This document shows, piece by piece, positions 9,639 through 18,731 of a DNA stretch of 64,000 nucleotides. The DNA comes from a virus (taxonomy: Duplodnaviria; Caudoviricetes). Numbering within the stretch: the stretch's first letter is position 1; every line of letters starts with the position of its first letter. The translations under genes were made by a program, and so were the position numbers. Below the pieces are notes generated by a model that made no database searches, was not told where the DNA came from, and saw nothing but the letters and a program-made list of their open reading frames with translations. Where the stretch lies: positions 6,263 to 70,262 of the IMG/VR virus record IMGVR_UViG_3300045391_000852; one strand, given 5' to 3'.

Positions 9639-10915
9639 GCGAAGCTGCGGCGAAGCCAAAGCCACAACGCTACCAGATCAAGATGCCTTACCTGTATCCG
9701 AAACAGGAAGAGGCGATTTTCTACCCGCGCGACAAGTTCGGTGTCCCGGCTCGTTTCTCGTTTATCGAGGCTTCCACAAAGACCGGCAAGACGGTCGGCT
9801 GCATCTTGTGGCTGTTCAAGGAAGCGATGGAAGGCCCACCCGGTAACTATTGGTGGGTGGCTCCGGTGAGTGCGCAGGCGAAGATTGCCTTCACGCGCAT
9901 GAAGACATACTACAAGGGCCATGTGACGCCTTTGCTTTCGCCAACACCAACACTGACGCTGCCGAATGGCAACATCATTTGGTTCAAGTCTGCGGAAGAC
10001 CCGGACAACCTCTACGGTGAAGATGTTAATGCTGGCGTGTTCGATGAAGCCAGCCGCGCTCGTGAAGAAGCATGGCATGCCTTCCGCTCGACACTGACTG
10101 CGACGCGAGGAACAGCACGTTTCATCGGAAACGTCAAAGGCCGCAAGAATTGGTTTTTCAATCTCTCGCGGAAAGCCGAAGCAGGCGAGCACGGTTATGC
10201 CTACTACAAGATCATCGCTTATGATGCTGTTGCGTCCGGTGTGTTGTCTGCGGTTGAAATTGAAGAAGCCAAACGCGACCTCCCGGAAAACGTCTTCAGG
10301 GAATTGTATCTCGCAGAGCCGAGTGATGATGGTGGAAATCCATTCGGCATGCAGTACATCGCGGCGGCTGTTGAGCCGCTGAGCACGCTTCCTCCAAAGG
10401 TGTGGGGTTGGGACCTTGCGAAGCGTCAAGATTGGACAGTTGGTACAGGGATGGATGAGTTTGGGCGTGTGTGTCGTTTCCACCGCTTTCAAGCTCCTTG
10501 GGAAGACACCACTGATCGTATCATTCGTTTTACTGGAAGTGTTCCTGCTCTGGTTGATTCTACTGGCGTTGGCGATCCCATCTTGGAACGACTACAAAAA
10601 GTTCCAGGCACACACTTCGAAGGCTACCACTTCACTCAGCAATCAAAACAAAAGCTGATGGAAGGTCTGGCAGTCGCGCTCCAAAAAGGTGAAACGAAAT
10701 TCCCTGATGGTCCGATCAAGTCGGAAATGGAGAATTTCGAATTCACTTATTCTCGGACTGGGGTGAGCTATTCCGCGCCGGTCGGCTTTCACGATGACTG
10801 TGTTTGCTCTCTCGCGCTCGCGCAGCATCACCGCTCGCATATGCCTGCAACATTGAACCTCTCGGCTGCTGTTCTCGCTCGCTCTGCACAGCCTGCCGGT
10901 CGAAGGGTATATTGA
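9635..10915 (+). CDS. terL: terminase large subunit
   Basis: Walker A ASTKTGKT, Walker B VFDEA, nuclease GWDLA and HDDCVCSLALA. Confidence 0.92.
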   Translation: MSEAAAKPKPQRYQIKMPYLYPKQEEAIFYPRDKFGVPARFSFIEASTKTGKTVGCILWLFKEAMEGPPGNYWWVAPVSAQAKIAFTRMKTYYKGHVTPLLSPTPTLTLPNGNIIWFKSAEDPDNLYGEDVNAGVFDEASRAREEAWHAFRSTLTATRGTARFIGNVKGRKNWFFNLSRKAEAGEHGYAYYKIIAYDAVASGVLSAVEIEEAKRDLPENVFRELYLAEPSDDGGNPFGMQYIAAAVEPLSTLPPKVWGWDLAKRQDWTVGTGMDEFGRVCRFHRFQAPWEDTTDRIIRFTGSVPALVDSTGVGDPILERLQKVPGTHFEGYHFTQQSKQKLMEGLAVALQKGETKFPDGPIKSEMENFEFTYSRTGVSYSAPVGFHDDCVCSLALAQHHRSHMPATLNLSAAVLARSAQPAGRRVY

Positions 10916-10923
10916 AAGGAAAA

Positions 10924-11094
10924 ATGATGGGCCTCGGCACAATCATTCTGATCATCTTGGTCATCGCGCTGCTTGGTGGCTTCTCCGGCATCGGCGGTGG
11001 ACCGTTCTATGGTCGCGGTTATGTCTATGGCGGTGGTGGCATTGGATTGCTTCTCGTCATTGTGCTCATCTTGATCCTGCTCGGCCGCATCTGA
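10924..11094 (+). CDS. DUF3309-like small membrane protein
   Basis: MGLGTIILIILVIALLGG...GIGLLLVIVLILILLGRI, two TMs with Gly-rich loop. Confidence 0.75.
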   Translation: MMGLGTIILIILVIALLGGFSGIGGGPFYGRGYVYGGGGIGLLLVIVLILILLGRI

Positions 11095-11095
11095 C

Positions 11096-12967
11096 GTGTC
11101 GAAAAAGAAGATGGCGAAGGCTGCGAAGGAACGCGCGAAGAAGCGTTCCAAAAGCAATGTAGAGCAGCGGCCTGCCGCGCTTGGCCGTCTAATCACAGAT
11201 GTGGCGCTTGCGCGCTCCAAGATGGTCCCAGAGAAGGCTGCGCCTGCCAATCCGTTCGAACTGTCCCGCGAAAATCTGTTCCCGCCGAATGTCATTCCGA
11301 AAGACAAGAAGCACCAGATTGCGATGGATGAGGCGCTTAACGTCTCTACGGCTTGGGCCGGCAGCATCGTCAGCGCGGCATGGAATGAAGGTCTTCAGTT
11401 TCTCGGCTATCCCTATTTGGCCGAACTCGCGCAGCGCCCAGAGTATCGCTGCATTGTTGAGATCATCGCGACCGAACTAACGCGCAAGTGGATACGGCTT
11501 GAGGCGTCCGGCGATGGTGAAGGCAATGCCGACGACAAGACGGATAAGATCAAGAAGCTGAACGATGCGCTGGACAAGTTCAAGGTCCGCGATGTGTTTC
11601 GTCAGTTCGCGATCAATGATGGCTTCTTCGGTCGGTCACACATCTTCATCGATGTGGGCAACGCGAACATCAACAAGAATACAGAAGAGCTAGTCACCCC
11701 AATTGGCAATGGCCGCAACGCCATGTCGAAAGCGAAGGTGAAGAAAGGCTCGCTGAAGCGCATCTCGACCATTGAGCCGATCTGGTGCTATCCGACGAAC
11801 TACAACGCCACTGATCCGACGAAGGCTGATTGGTATTGCCCGGAGCAGTGGTTTGTGATGAATAAGCCAATGCATGCTTCCCGGCTCCTCACAGGCATTG
11901 GCCGCCCAGTCCCGGACATCTTGAAGCCTGCGTATGCTTTCGGCGGGTTGTCGCTGTCCCAGATGGCAAAGCCCTATGTTGACAATTGGCTCTCCACGCG
12001 CCAAGGCGTCAATGACATCATTTCTGCGTTCAGCGTCTTCGTGCTCGCGACCGATCTGAGCACGCTGCTGCAGAACGATGGTGACATGCTTTTCAAGCGT
12101 GCCGATCTGTTCAATAATCTGCGCAACAATCGCGGATTGATGATGATTAATAAGGCGGCTGAAGACTTCAAGAACGTCTCTGCCTCGCTCGCTGGTCTCG
12201 ATTTGTTGCAGGCCCAAGCTCAAGAGCACATGGCAGCGGTGTCGCGCATCCCGTTGGTGAAGCTTCTCGGCATTCAGCCTGCTGGCCTCAATGCTTCGTC
12301 GGATGGCGAAATTCAAGTTTTCTATGATTCAATCGCGGCGTTTCAAGAAGCCTTCTTCCGGGAGCCGTTGACACGTATCATTGACTTCATTCAGTTGAAT
12401 GAGTTTGGCGAAGTCGATCAGGACATTGTGTTCAAGTTCGAACCGCTCGAAAGCATCAACGAGAAAGAGATTGCCGAGACTGAGAAGATCAAGGCCGAGA
12501 CAGACAATGCTCGCATTGATGGTGGCGTCATCTCTCAAGAAGAAGCTCGCTCCCGCGTCGCAAATGATCCGCAGAGCGGCTACAACTCGATTGATGTTGA
12601 TGATGTTCCGGACCTCCTTGAGGAAGAGGAGGAAGGCTTGGAGCCGAAGGGTGGCGCTGCGAAGATCGCGGAAGTTGAAGAAGGCGACCTTCCACGCGGC
12701 GCGAATGATGGCTTGGCCACCGATGAACTCTCCGGCGAAATCCAATATGCCTTGGACCTCCCGATCAAAGCTGCTCCATCTCTTCGCACGCGACTGAATG
12801 CCCTCATTCCGTTAGCGAAGGCTGCTGGCCTCGCCCAAGATGCTCATAGCTTGGAACTCCGGCTGGCAGACTATTATGACTGCGTTGCTAAAGCCGCTCG
12901 AAAGGCTGGCAATCAAACCCAAGTGAAGAATGCTCGTGCGAAAGCGGCGAAGCTCCGCAATTCATAA
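11096..12967 (+). CDS. portal protein (DUF1073 type)
   Basis: Follows TerL; SRIPLVKLLGIQPAGLNASSDG motif; acidic and basic C-terminal extension. Confidence 0.88.
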   Translation: MSKKKMAKAAKERAKKRSKSNVEQRPAALGRLITDVALARSKMVPEKAAPANPFELSRENLFPPNVIPKDKKHQIAMDEALNVSTAWAGSIVSAAWNEGLQFLGYPYLAELAQRPEYRCIVEIIATELTRKWIRLEASGDGEGNADDKTDKIKKLNDALDKFKVRDVFRQFAINDGFFGRSHIFIDVGNANINKNTEELVTPIGNGRNAMSKAKVKKGSLKRISTIEPIWCYPTNYNATDPTKADWYCPEQWFVMNKPMHASRLLTGIGRPVPDILKPAYAFGGLSLSQMAKPYVDNWLSTRQGVNDIISAFSVFVLATDLSTLLQNDGDMLFKRADLFNNLRNNRGLMMINKAAEDFKNVSASLAGLDLLQAQAQEHMAAVSRIPLVKLLGIQPAGLNASSDGEIQVFYDSIAAFQEAFFREPLTRIIDFIQLNEFGEVDQDIVFKFEPLESINEKEIAETEKIKAETDNARIDGGVISQEEARSRVANDPQSGYNSIDVDDVPDLLEEEEEGLEPKGGAAKIAEVEEGDLPRGANDGLATDELSGEIQYALDLPIKAAPSLRTRLNALIPLAKAAGLAQDAHSLELRLADYYDCVAKAARKAGNQTQVKNARAKAAKLRNS

Positions 12968-12979
12968 AGGATCGTCATC

Positions 12980-13840
12980 ATGACTGGCTTGTCAACATAC
13001 ACCGCCCAGAACCTTCTGAACTACATCACCGGGCAGACCGCCGAACCAGTGCTGCCATCTGTTTGGCTCGCGCTGTTCACTGCGTCCGGCTCCGACGATG
13101 GCACTGGCTTCACCGAAGTGACTGGCGGCTCTTATGCTCGCCTTCAGGTCGGTGGCAATGCTGCGACGAATGCCACCACCGCGTCCGGCAATGCGATCCT
13201 GCATTTCGCAAGCACCCCGGCATGGGTCACTCCGGGCATGACAGCTTACGATGCTACCACGCCAGCATCCATTCCGCTCGGCACCACTGTGTTGTCGGTC
13301 ACTTCGACCACTGTCACGCTGAGTGCGAATGCGACCGGCGCTGGCGTCGGCTCCGGCGACACTATCAACTTTTCGGCTTTCGGACGCGCGAGCGGCACCG
13401 GGCCTTCGCAGATCACCAACACTGCTGCGATCACCTTCCCTGCGGCCACCGCGTCTTGGGGCACCGTTGTTTCGTTCGGTCTGTATGACGCTTCGACGGT
13501 CGGCAACCTGCTGCTTTGGGATTGGCTCGGCAACTTCAACTGGTTGCCTTGCACCATCACGTCCGCTTCCCCTGGCGTCTTCACTGCGAAGGCCAACGGG
13601 TATGCGAACGGTGATCCGGTTGTGTTCTCGACGGAATATGGTGGCACAGCGCCCACCGGCCTCACGCCGGGCAATACGATCCAGACGGTTGCTGGCGTTT
13701 CCGGCGCGGACAACTTCAACGTCAGCGTCAATACGACTTCGACCGGCTCCGGCAACGTCCGGAAGATCACCCAGCAGTCCATTCCGACAGGCGTGACTGC
13801 ATCGTTCGCTGCCGGCGCTCTCGTTTCGACAGCGGCGTAA
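12980..13840 (+). CDS. fibre-associated structural protein
   Basis: VWLALFTA...EVTGGSYAR and ITFPAATASWGTV..FGLYDAST.GNLL motifs of phage fibre-base proteins, with two inserts. Confidence 0.65.
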   Translation: MTGLSTYTAQNLLNYITGQTAEPVLPSVWLALFTASGSDDGTGFTEVTGGSYARLQVGGNAATNATTASGNAILHFASTPAWVTPGMTAYDATTPASIPLGTTVLSVTSTTVTLSANATGAGVGSGDTINFSAFGRASGTGPSQITNTAAITFPAATASWGTVVSFGLYDASTVGNLLLWDWLGNFNWLPCTITSASPGVFTAKANGYANGDPVVFSTEYGGTAPTGLTPGNTIQTVAGVSGADNFNVSVNTTSTGSGNVRKITQQSIPTGVTASFAAGALVSTAA

Positions 13841-13876
13841 ATGCCGGGGTATCTCGACTAAGGGTAAGCGCTCAAG

Positions 13877-14584
13877 ATGGGCTTGTTCGCCAACCTAGTC
13901 ATCATGACATGCGCCTCAGCGCCGGGTACGGGTACCACAATTACCCTGTCCGGCGCTGCGACGGTCGGTGGCGTTCAATTTCTGACGGGAGCGCAGGCCA
14001 GCGTTACTCCCGGAGCAGTTTACGATTACGCACTGCTTGATCCGACGAATGGCGGGTGCGAGAACGGAACAATCACTTGGCCTGCGTCAGGCTTGACGCT
14101 GACAGGCCGAACGGTTGTCAATTCTTCGAATGGTAATGCAGCAATTAATGCGAGCGCTGATTCGCTGCTTTATCTTTCGCCAATTGCTTCCTCGCTCCTT
14201 GCCTTTCCGTCTGGAACGAAGATGTTGTTCCAGCAGTCTTCCGCTCCGACAGGATGGACGAAAGATACGACATTCAACGATGCTGCTTTGCGCGTCGTTA
14301 ATGGTTCGACATCGAGTGGTGGAACTAATGGCTTCTCGACTGTCAATGCGCAAACTGCTGTTGGCAACACCACTCTTTCGACTGCGCAGATGCCATCGCA
14401 CGATCATCCGTACACCAAGCCGCAAACTAGTGGCATGGCCTCATCCAATGGCGGTTGTAACTCCTTCCTGGTCGGAGGCGGTACCGCAGCGACGACCGGC
14501 GCGAATGGCAGCGGTGCTGCTCACAATCATTCGATAACGATGGACATGAAATATGTGGACATCATTATCGCGACAAGAAACTAG
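13877..14584 (+). CDS. short fibre protein with tail-collar-like domain
   Basis: FPSGTKMLFQQSSAPTGWTK and TLSTAQMPSHDH motifs. Confidence 0.7.
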   Translation: MGLFANLVIMTCASAPGTGTTITLSGAATVGGVQFLTGAQASVTPGAVYDYALLDPTNGGCENGTITWPASGLTLTGRTVVNSSNGNAAINASADSLLYLSPIASSLLAFPSGTKMLFQQSSAPTGWTKDTTFNDAALRVVNGSTSSGGTNGFSTVNAQTAVGNTTLSTAQMPSHDHPYTKPQTSGMASSNGGCNSFLVGGGTAATTGANGSGAAHNHSITMDMKYVDIIIATRN

Positions 14585-14593
14585 GGGAACAAT

Positions 14594-14971
14594 ATGAAAA
14601 AATTCACTGTCATCAAAGATGACAACATGACCATCATTGATGGCGTCGCAGTTGACAGTCTCGATTTATCTTCGATCCCGGACAATGTGCATGCGATCCA
14701 ATGGGATGGCGAAGCTGGATCAGGAGAGATTGAATATCGCTCTTCGCGCTGCTCCCACTGCAACGTCCTCAGCAAAAAGCCGAATGAGATGTTTTCTGAC
14801 ATTTCAACTTACTCTGCCATCATTTCTGAACATGGCATCAAGGTTGAAGAGGCGCTCGCTGAGAAGGCGGCGCTTGAATTGAAGATGAAGGAGGAGGAAG
14901 CGGCTCGCGAAGTTGCCCGCAGCGCCCCTCCGGCAGACAATTTGTCCGGCGAAGTGCATGTTGAAGAGTAA
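14594..14971 (+). CDS. fibre accessory/chaperone-like protein
   Basis: LDLSSIPDNVHAIQWDG motif seen after phage fibre genes. Confidence 0.55.
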   Translation: MKKFTVIKDDNMTIIDGVAVDSLDLSSIPDNVHAIQWDGEAGSGEIEYRSSRCSHCNVLSKKPNEMFSDISTYSAIISEHGIKVEEALAEKAALELKMKEEEAAREVARSAPPADNLSGEVHVEE

Positions 14972-15239
14972 AGACCTTCAATCAGGCGACCTTCGCGGCG
15001 TGACTTATGAGTTCACTGCGGCCGGTGATGTTCTTCCAATGCATAAGCACGGTGCAAACGATACTCACGTCACATTCTTTCGTCACGGCTCCTTTCGCGT
15101 TCATGGACCGAAGATTGGCGCAATGATCTTGAAGGCTGGAGCCTTTGTGGATTGGCCTTCTGACATTGAGCATGAATATGTTGCATTGGAACCGGGTTCA
15201 GTGTTGACCAATATTACGAAGGTGATGCATGCTTCCTGA
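14958..15239 (+). CDS. cupin-domain protein
   Basis: LPMHKH...HVTF and IEHEYVALE cupin motifs. Confidence 0.65.
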   Translation: MLKSKDLQSGDLRGVTYEFTAAGDVLPMHKHGANDTHVTFFRHGSFRVHGPKIGAMILKAGAFVDWPSDIEHEYVALEPGSVLTNITKVMHAS

Positions 15240-15555
15240 TCCAAAGGTCAAATGTCCGGCCACCGGCTTCGCGCGCAGCTGCCGAGAGATTTTGGCTGAA
15301 TGTGATTGCCCGAAGTGGGTTCACCTTCAAGGAAAAAACCCTCAGACCGGCGCTGACATCGATCAATATGGCTGTGTTGATGGTTTCCTGCCGCATCTCC
15401 TCATTGAGAATGCACTGGTTGGCCGGCAGACCGGCGCGGCAGTTGAAACGCTTCGCAATCAGATCGCAGCCGCACAACGCGGCGACCTCGGACTGATGCT
15501 GTTGGCCAATCAGTCTGAAGCTCTTCCTCTGCTATCATCCTTGCCTAAGAGCTAA
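15229..15555 (+). CDS. Cys-rich fibre-locus protein
   Basis: CP...C...CDCPKW..GKNPQTG..GC..LLIEN..QTGAAVETLRN. Confidence 0.6.
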   Translation: MLPDPKVKCPATGFARSCREILAECDCPKWVHLQGKNPQTGADIDQYGCVDGFLPHLLIENALVGRQTGAAVETLRNQIAAAQRGDLGLMLLANQSEALPLLSSLPKS

Positions 15556-17222
15556 TGGGCTGGGGTGCAGTTGGTCAGTATGCAATTGGTCAAGGACCGC
15601 TCGCTGTCTCAGGTGGCAGCGCGGTTCTGGCAGCACGCTCGCGGATTGCCGTTAAGACTTCTGCTGGCATGTCGCCAACCACTGCTTTGAAATCGATTGA
15701 CAATATTGCTGTGAAGGCAAAGGCAGGCGCGACGAATACGACGCCACTTGTTGGTCACACATCCTCGCAATTCAAGGCTCGCCTCGTCAATGCGCCGCAG
15801 GCTCGGGTTGGCGGCCGCAGTGAGGCGATGGCGAAGGCGCGAGGATTGATCGCAGGCGCAACGCCGCTCTCCGGCGCGGTGAAAGCTCAAGCGAAGATGC
15901 GAGACGGCATGACGCCATTCGCAGCGATGATTGGTCATTCATCAATTCAGGTTAAGACTTCGGATCGTTTCTTTCCATTTTGGGCAGCGCTCGCCCGGAC
16001 TGCATCACAGATCAAAGCCAAACTCGGCTTCACGCTCGTTCACACGCCTCTTTCCAGTACGACAAAGGTAGAGGCGAAAACGCGAGACGGACTGTTTGGG
16101 ACAACGTCCCTGGCGGGCATCTCATCGGTTCAAGTGAAAGCTCCGAACGATTTTCGCGGCGTATTCTTTGTGAAGGCTCGCGCGACTATTCAGGCGAAGA
16201 CTGCAGACACACTGACATTCTTCCGCTTCCTCGCGAGCAATGCAAAAGTTCAAGTGAGCGCGAAAGGCACCTCAACTCGTTTCGCGCTGCTCTATGGAAT
16301 AGCGAAGACAACAGTTCAATCGACCTTCGACACTCTCCAGCGTGTCAGGCTTTTTGGATTGGCGCGTGTTTCTTCCAATGCCAAGGCTCGCATGCGTCCA
16401 GTTGCTTTCATCGAGACGAAGGCAAGCGTTCAGACAAAAGCGAATGCTGGTTTCACTTCGCTGATTGTTCAGGTCTTTGGGTCTGCGCTAGTCGCTGTTA
16501 AGGCGAAGCTTCAGCGCAATGGTCTTCTCGATTTGATGGCGTCGGCGTATGTTCAGACCTCGGCATTCTTCAAGCCTTCGCCGGTCGCATTTGTTGAGAG
16601 TCATTCAACAGTTCAGGTGAAAAGCTCCCGGAGCTTTATCCAGCCGATCATCTTCATTACTGCTCAAGCGACATCTGCAGCTAAAGCTTCGCTTCGTTTT
16701 GCAGGCCGCACCCATCTTTTGGCTCGATCAAAGGCGACAAGCTCGGCTCGCGGAACGATGCGTTCAATTCGGCATATCTTCGGACATGCCACTGTTGCCT
16801 TGAAGGCATCGCCTAAGTTCAGTGCCATTGCTGTCATGAGCGCTCGGACCTCGATTGAGGTTAAGGCTCGCTCGGCAATGAACACGGTGACATATCTCTT
16901 TGTCGCTGGCCGGTCGAAGGCGATGGTGACATCTCGCGGCGTGGCGCTCGGAACTGTGAAGCTCGCTGCCCGGTCGAAGTTGGCTGTGAAATCAGTTTCG
17001 CATTTCTCGCCTCTTATTCAAAAGCTCGCTGGTGCAGCGCTGATCGCTGTGAAGGTGCTTTTCAAGTATGGCGTCACGCCGGTCTCAGCTTGCGCGCATA
17101 CGAAGGTTGAGAGGGTGTTTTCCTCTTCCGTCAATGATGCTTCTGCATTCGCCACGTCCATTTCTGATGCTTCGGCCTTTTCAGTGATTGCGAAGGCAGA
17201 GCGCTGTGAAGGTGAGGAATGA
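15555..17222 (+). CDS. basic 20-residue repeat protein
   Basis: About 24 imperfect 20-22 aa repeats, usually Lys at position 10. Confidence 0.7.
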   Translation: MGWGAVGQYAIGQGPLAVSGGSAVLAARSRIAVKTSAGMSPTTALKSIDNIAVKAKAGATNTTPLVGHTSSQFKARLVNAPQARVGGRSEAMAKARGLIAGATPLSGAVKAQAKMRDGMTPFAAMIGHSSIQVKTSDRFFPFWAALARTASQIKAKLGFTLVHTPLSSTTKVEAKTRDGLFGTTSLAGISSVQVKAPNDFRGVFFVKARATIQAKTADTLTFFRFLASNAKVQVSAKGTSTRFALLYGIAKTTVQSTFDTLQRVRLFGLARVSSNAKARMRPVAFIETKASVQTKANAGFTSLIVQVFGSALVAVKAKLQRNGLLDLMASAYVQTSAFFKPSPVAFVESHSTVQVKSSRSFIQPIIFITAQATSAAKASLRFAGRTHLLARSKATSSARGTMRSIRHIFGHATVALKASPKFSAIAVMSARTSIEVKARSAMNTVTYLFVAGRSKAMVTSRGVALGTVKLAARSKLAVKSVSHFSPLIQKLAGAALIAVKVLFKYGVTPVSACAHTKVERVFSSSVNDASAFATSISDASAFSVIAKAERCEGEE

Positions 17223-17509
17223 GCTGCTGCTCTGACTATACGCAGAATGATTTGGTTCGGCTTTCGCTCGCTGTGACGCAGCAGAGCGATGGAACACCAA
17301 TCAGCCCGACAACGCTGACAGCGAAAGTGAAGCTGCCAGATGGATCGATTGATGATCTCACTGCTTCAATCGTTCAAGATGGCATTGGCCTTTACCACGT
17401 CGATTTCCTGCCGACGATGGTAGGGGCGTATCTTTATGAATTCATCGGGACCGGCGCAGCACAAATTGCAGCTGTCGGCTCCTTCAATGTCGATCAGGCT
17501 ACGTTTTGA
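17219..17509 (+). CDS. small Ig-like structural protein
   Basis: beta-rich; GIGLYHVDF...GAYLYEF. Confidence 0.55.
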   Translation: MSCCSDYTQNDLVRLSLAVTQQSDGTPISPTTLTAKVKLPDGSIDDLTASIVQDGIGLYHVDFLPTMVGAYLYEFIGTGAAQIAAVGSFNVDQATF

Positions 17510-18297
17510 TCCGGAAGAAGCCTAAGACGCTTCGCGCGGTTCGCCCAAGCCTTGGCATCGAGGTCGCGTATCGCCGGAAGCTCGACAAGTTGATTGAAGA
17601 GATGCACAATTCAATCATGTATTGGGTCAAAGCTGCTTATAAGTCAAATGAGCCGGAGATTGCGATGGACGCGCTCCCGGCGACCGATTTGCAAGCAGCC
17701 GTCCGGAAGCTCGTTCGGCGTTGGCAGCGCAAGTTTAATGAGGCTGCTTATCAATTGGCAGATTGGTTCGCGGACGATGTGAACAACCGATCTGATCAGC
17801 AGCTGAAGAAGATTTTGAAGGATGGCGGCGTCAGTGTTCAATTCAAGATGACGCGAGCGCAGCAGGACATTTTGCGCGCAACCATCAATCAGAATGTTTC
17901 GTTGATCAAGTCAATTCCGCAACAGTACCTTGGACAGGTCGAAGGCATGGTGATGCGCTCGGTTCAAACCGGACGCGATCTAGGAGACCTTTCAAAAGAC
18001 CTCCAAAAGCAGTTTGGCGTGACGAAGCGCCGCGCCGCTCTGATTGCGCGGGACCAGAACAACAAGGCGACCTCCGCGCTTCAGCGTGCTCGGCAGATTG
18101 AATTAGGCGTCACAGAAGCTGTTTGGGTTCATTCCCATGCCGGAAAGACGCCGCGACCGACACATGTGAAGATGGATGGACAAAAGTTCGATATCAAGAA
18201 GGGCATGTGGGACCCAGCAGTGAAAAAGTACATCCTTCCGGGAGAACTTATCAACTGCCGTTGTGTCTCAAAGAGCGTCATTCCTGGCTTCTCATGA
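17506..18297 (+). CDS. minor head protein (Mu gpF / SPP1 gp7 family)
   Basis: RAALIARDQNNK, WVHSHAGKTPRPTH, PGELINCRC. Confidence 0.88.
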   Translation: MIRKKPKTLRAVRPSLGIEVAYRRKLDKLIEEMHNSIMYWVKAAYKSNEPEIAMDALPATDLQAAVRKLVRRWQRKFNEAAYQLADWFADDVNNRSDQQLKKILKDGGVSVQFKMTRAQQDILRATINQNVSLIKSIPQQYLGQVEGMVMRSVQTGRDLGDLSKDLQKQFGVTKRRAALIARDQNNKATSALQRARQIELGVTEAVWVHSHAGKTPRPTHVKMDGQKFDIKKGMWDPAVKKYILPGELINCRCVSKSVIPGFS

Positions 18298-18731
18298 AGC
18301 AGGCGGTGTTTGATCTACTTCAAACATTGATTGTCGGTGAACAGCCTTTATCGATTTATGAAATTGAAGACATCTCAGGCTATAGCATTTCGACTTTCTA
18401 TCTTCATAAGCTTGAGATGCGCCGGATGGGTTGGATGATCGGTAATGGTGCAGGATATTCCAACAAGTTTGAAATAACAGAGCTTGGGAAGATCGCCTAT
18501 GCCATCGAGGCAGGGCGAAAGGTTAAACAACGAGCGGTGATGAACAATGCCAACAGTCTCTCCAGCCCAACATCGATTGATGGAAGCTGCAGCCCACACT
18601 CCGGGCGGCTATGGCGGGGTATCGCAGGCAGTCGGCAAGGAGTTTGTGAGCAAGGATGCGAAGCTGTCGGCAGCTGGCATCGTTTACATCACCGGAGACA
18701 AGGAAATTCTTCTTCTGAAGCGCTCGGGTGA
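18294..18731 (+). CDS. putative winged-helix protein
   Basis: ATGA overlap with minor head gene; FEITELGK wing motif; 3' end overlaps next gene, so the end is uncertain. Confidence 0.4.
   Translation: MKQAVFDLLQTLIVGEQPLSIYEIEDISGYSISTFYLHKLEMRRMGWMIGNGAGYSNKFEITELGKIAYAIEAGRKVKQRAVMNNANSLSSPTSIDGSCSPHSGRLWRGIAGSRQGVCEQGCEAVGSWHRLHHRRQGNSSSEALG

Noticed and set aside
3823-10492. Long antisense ORFs (3823-4617 +, 5187-5927 -, 8118-9002 -, 9470-10492 -)
   Set aside because: Shadow ORFs opposite well-supported genes, with no recognisable motifs.
11096-12967. Portal as an anti-CBASS Acb1 protein
   Set aside because: DUF1073 portals are sometimes labelled this way, but the C-terminal extension lacks the two HxT/S motifs of a 2H phosphoesterase.
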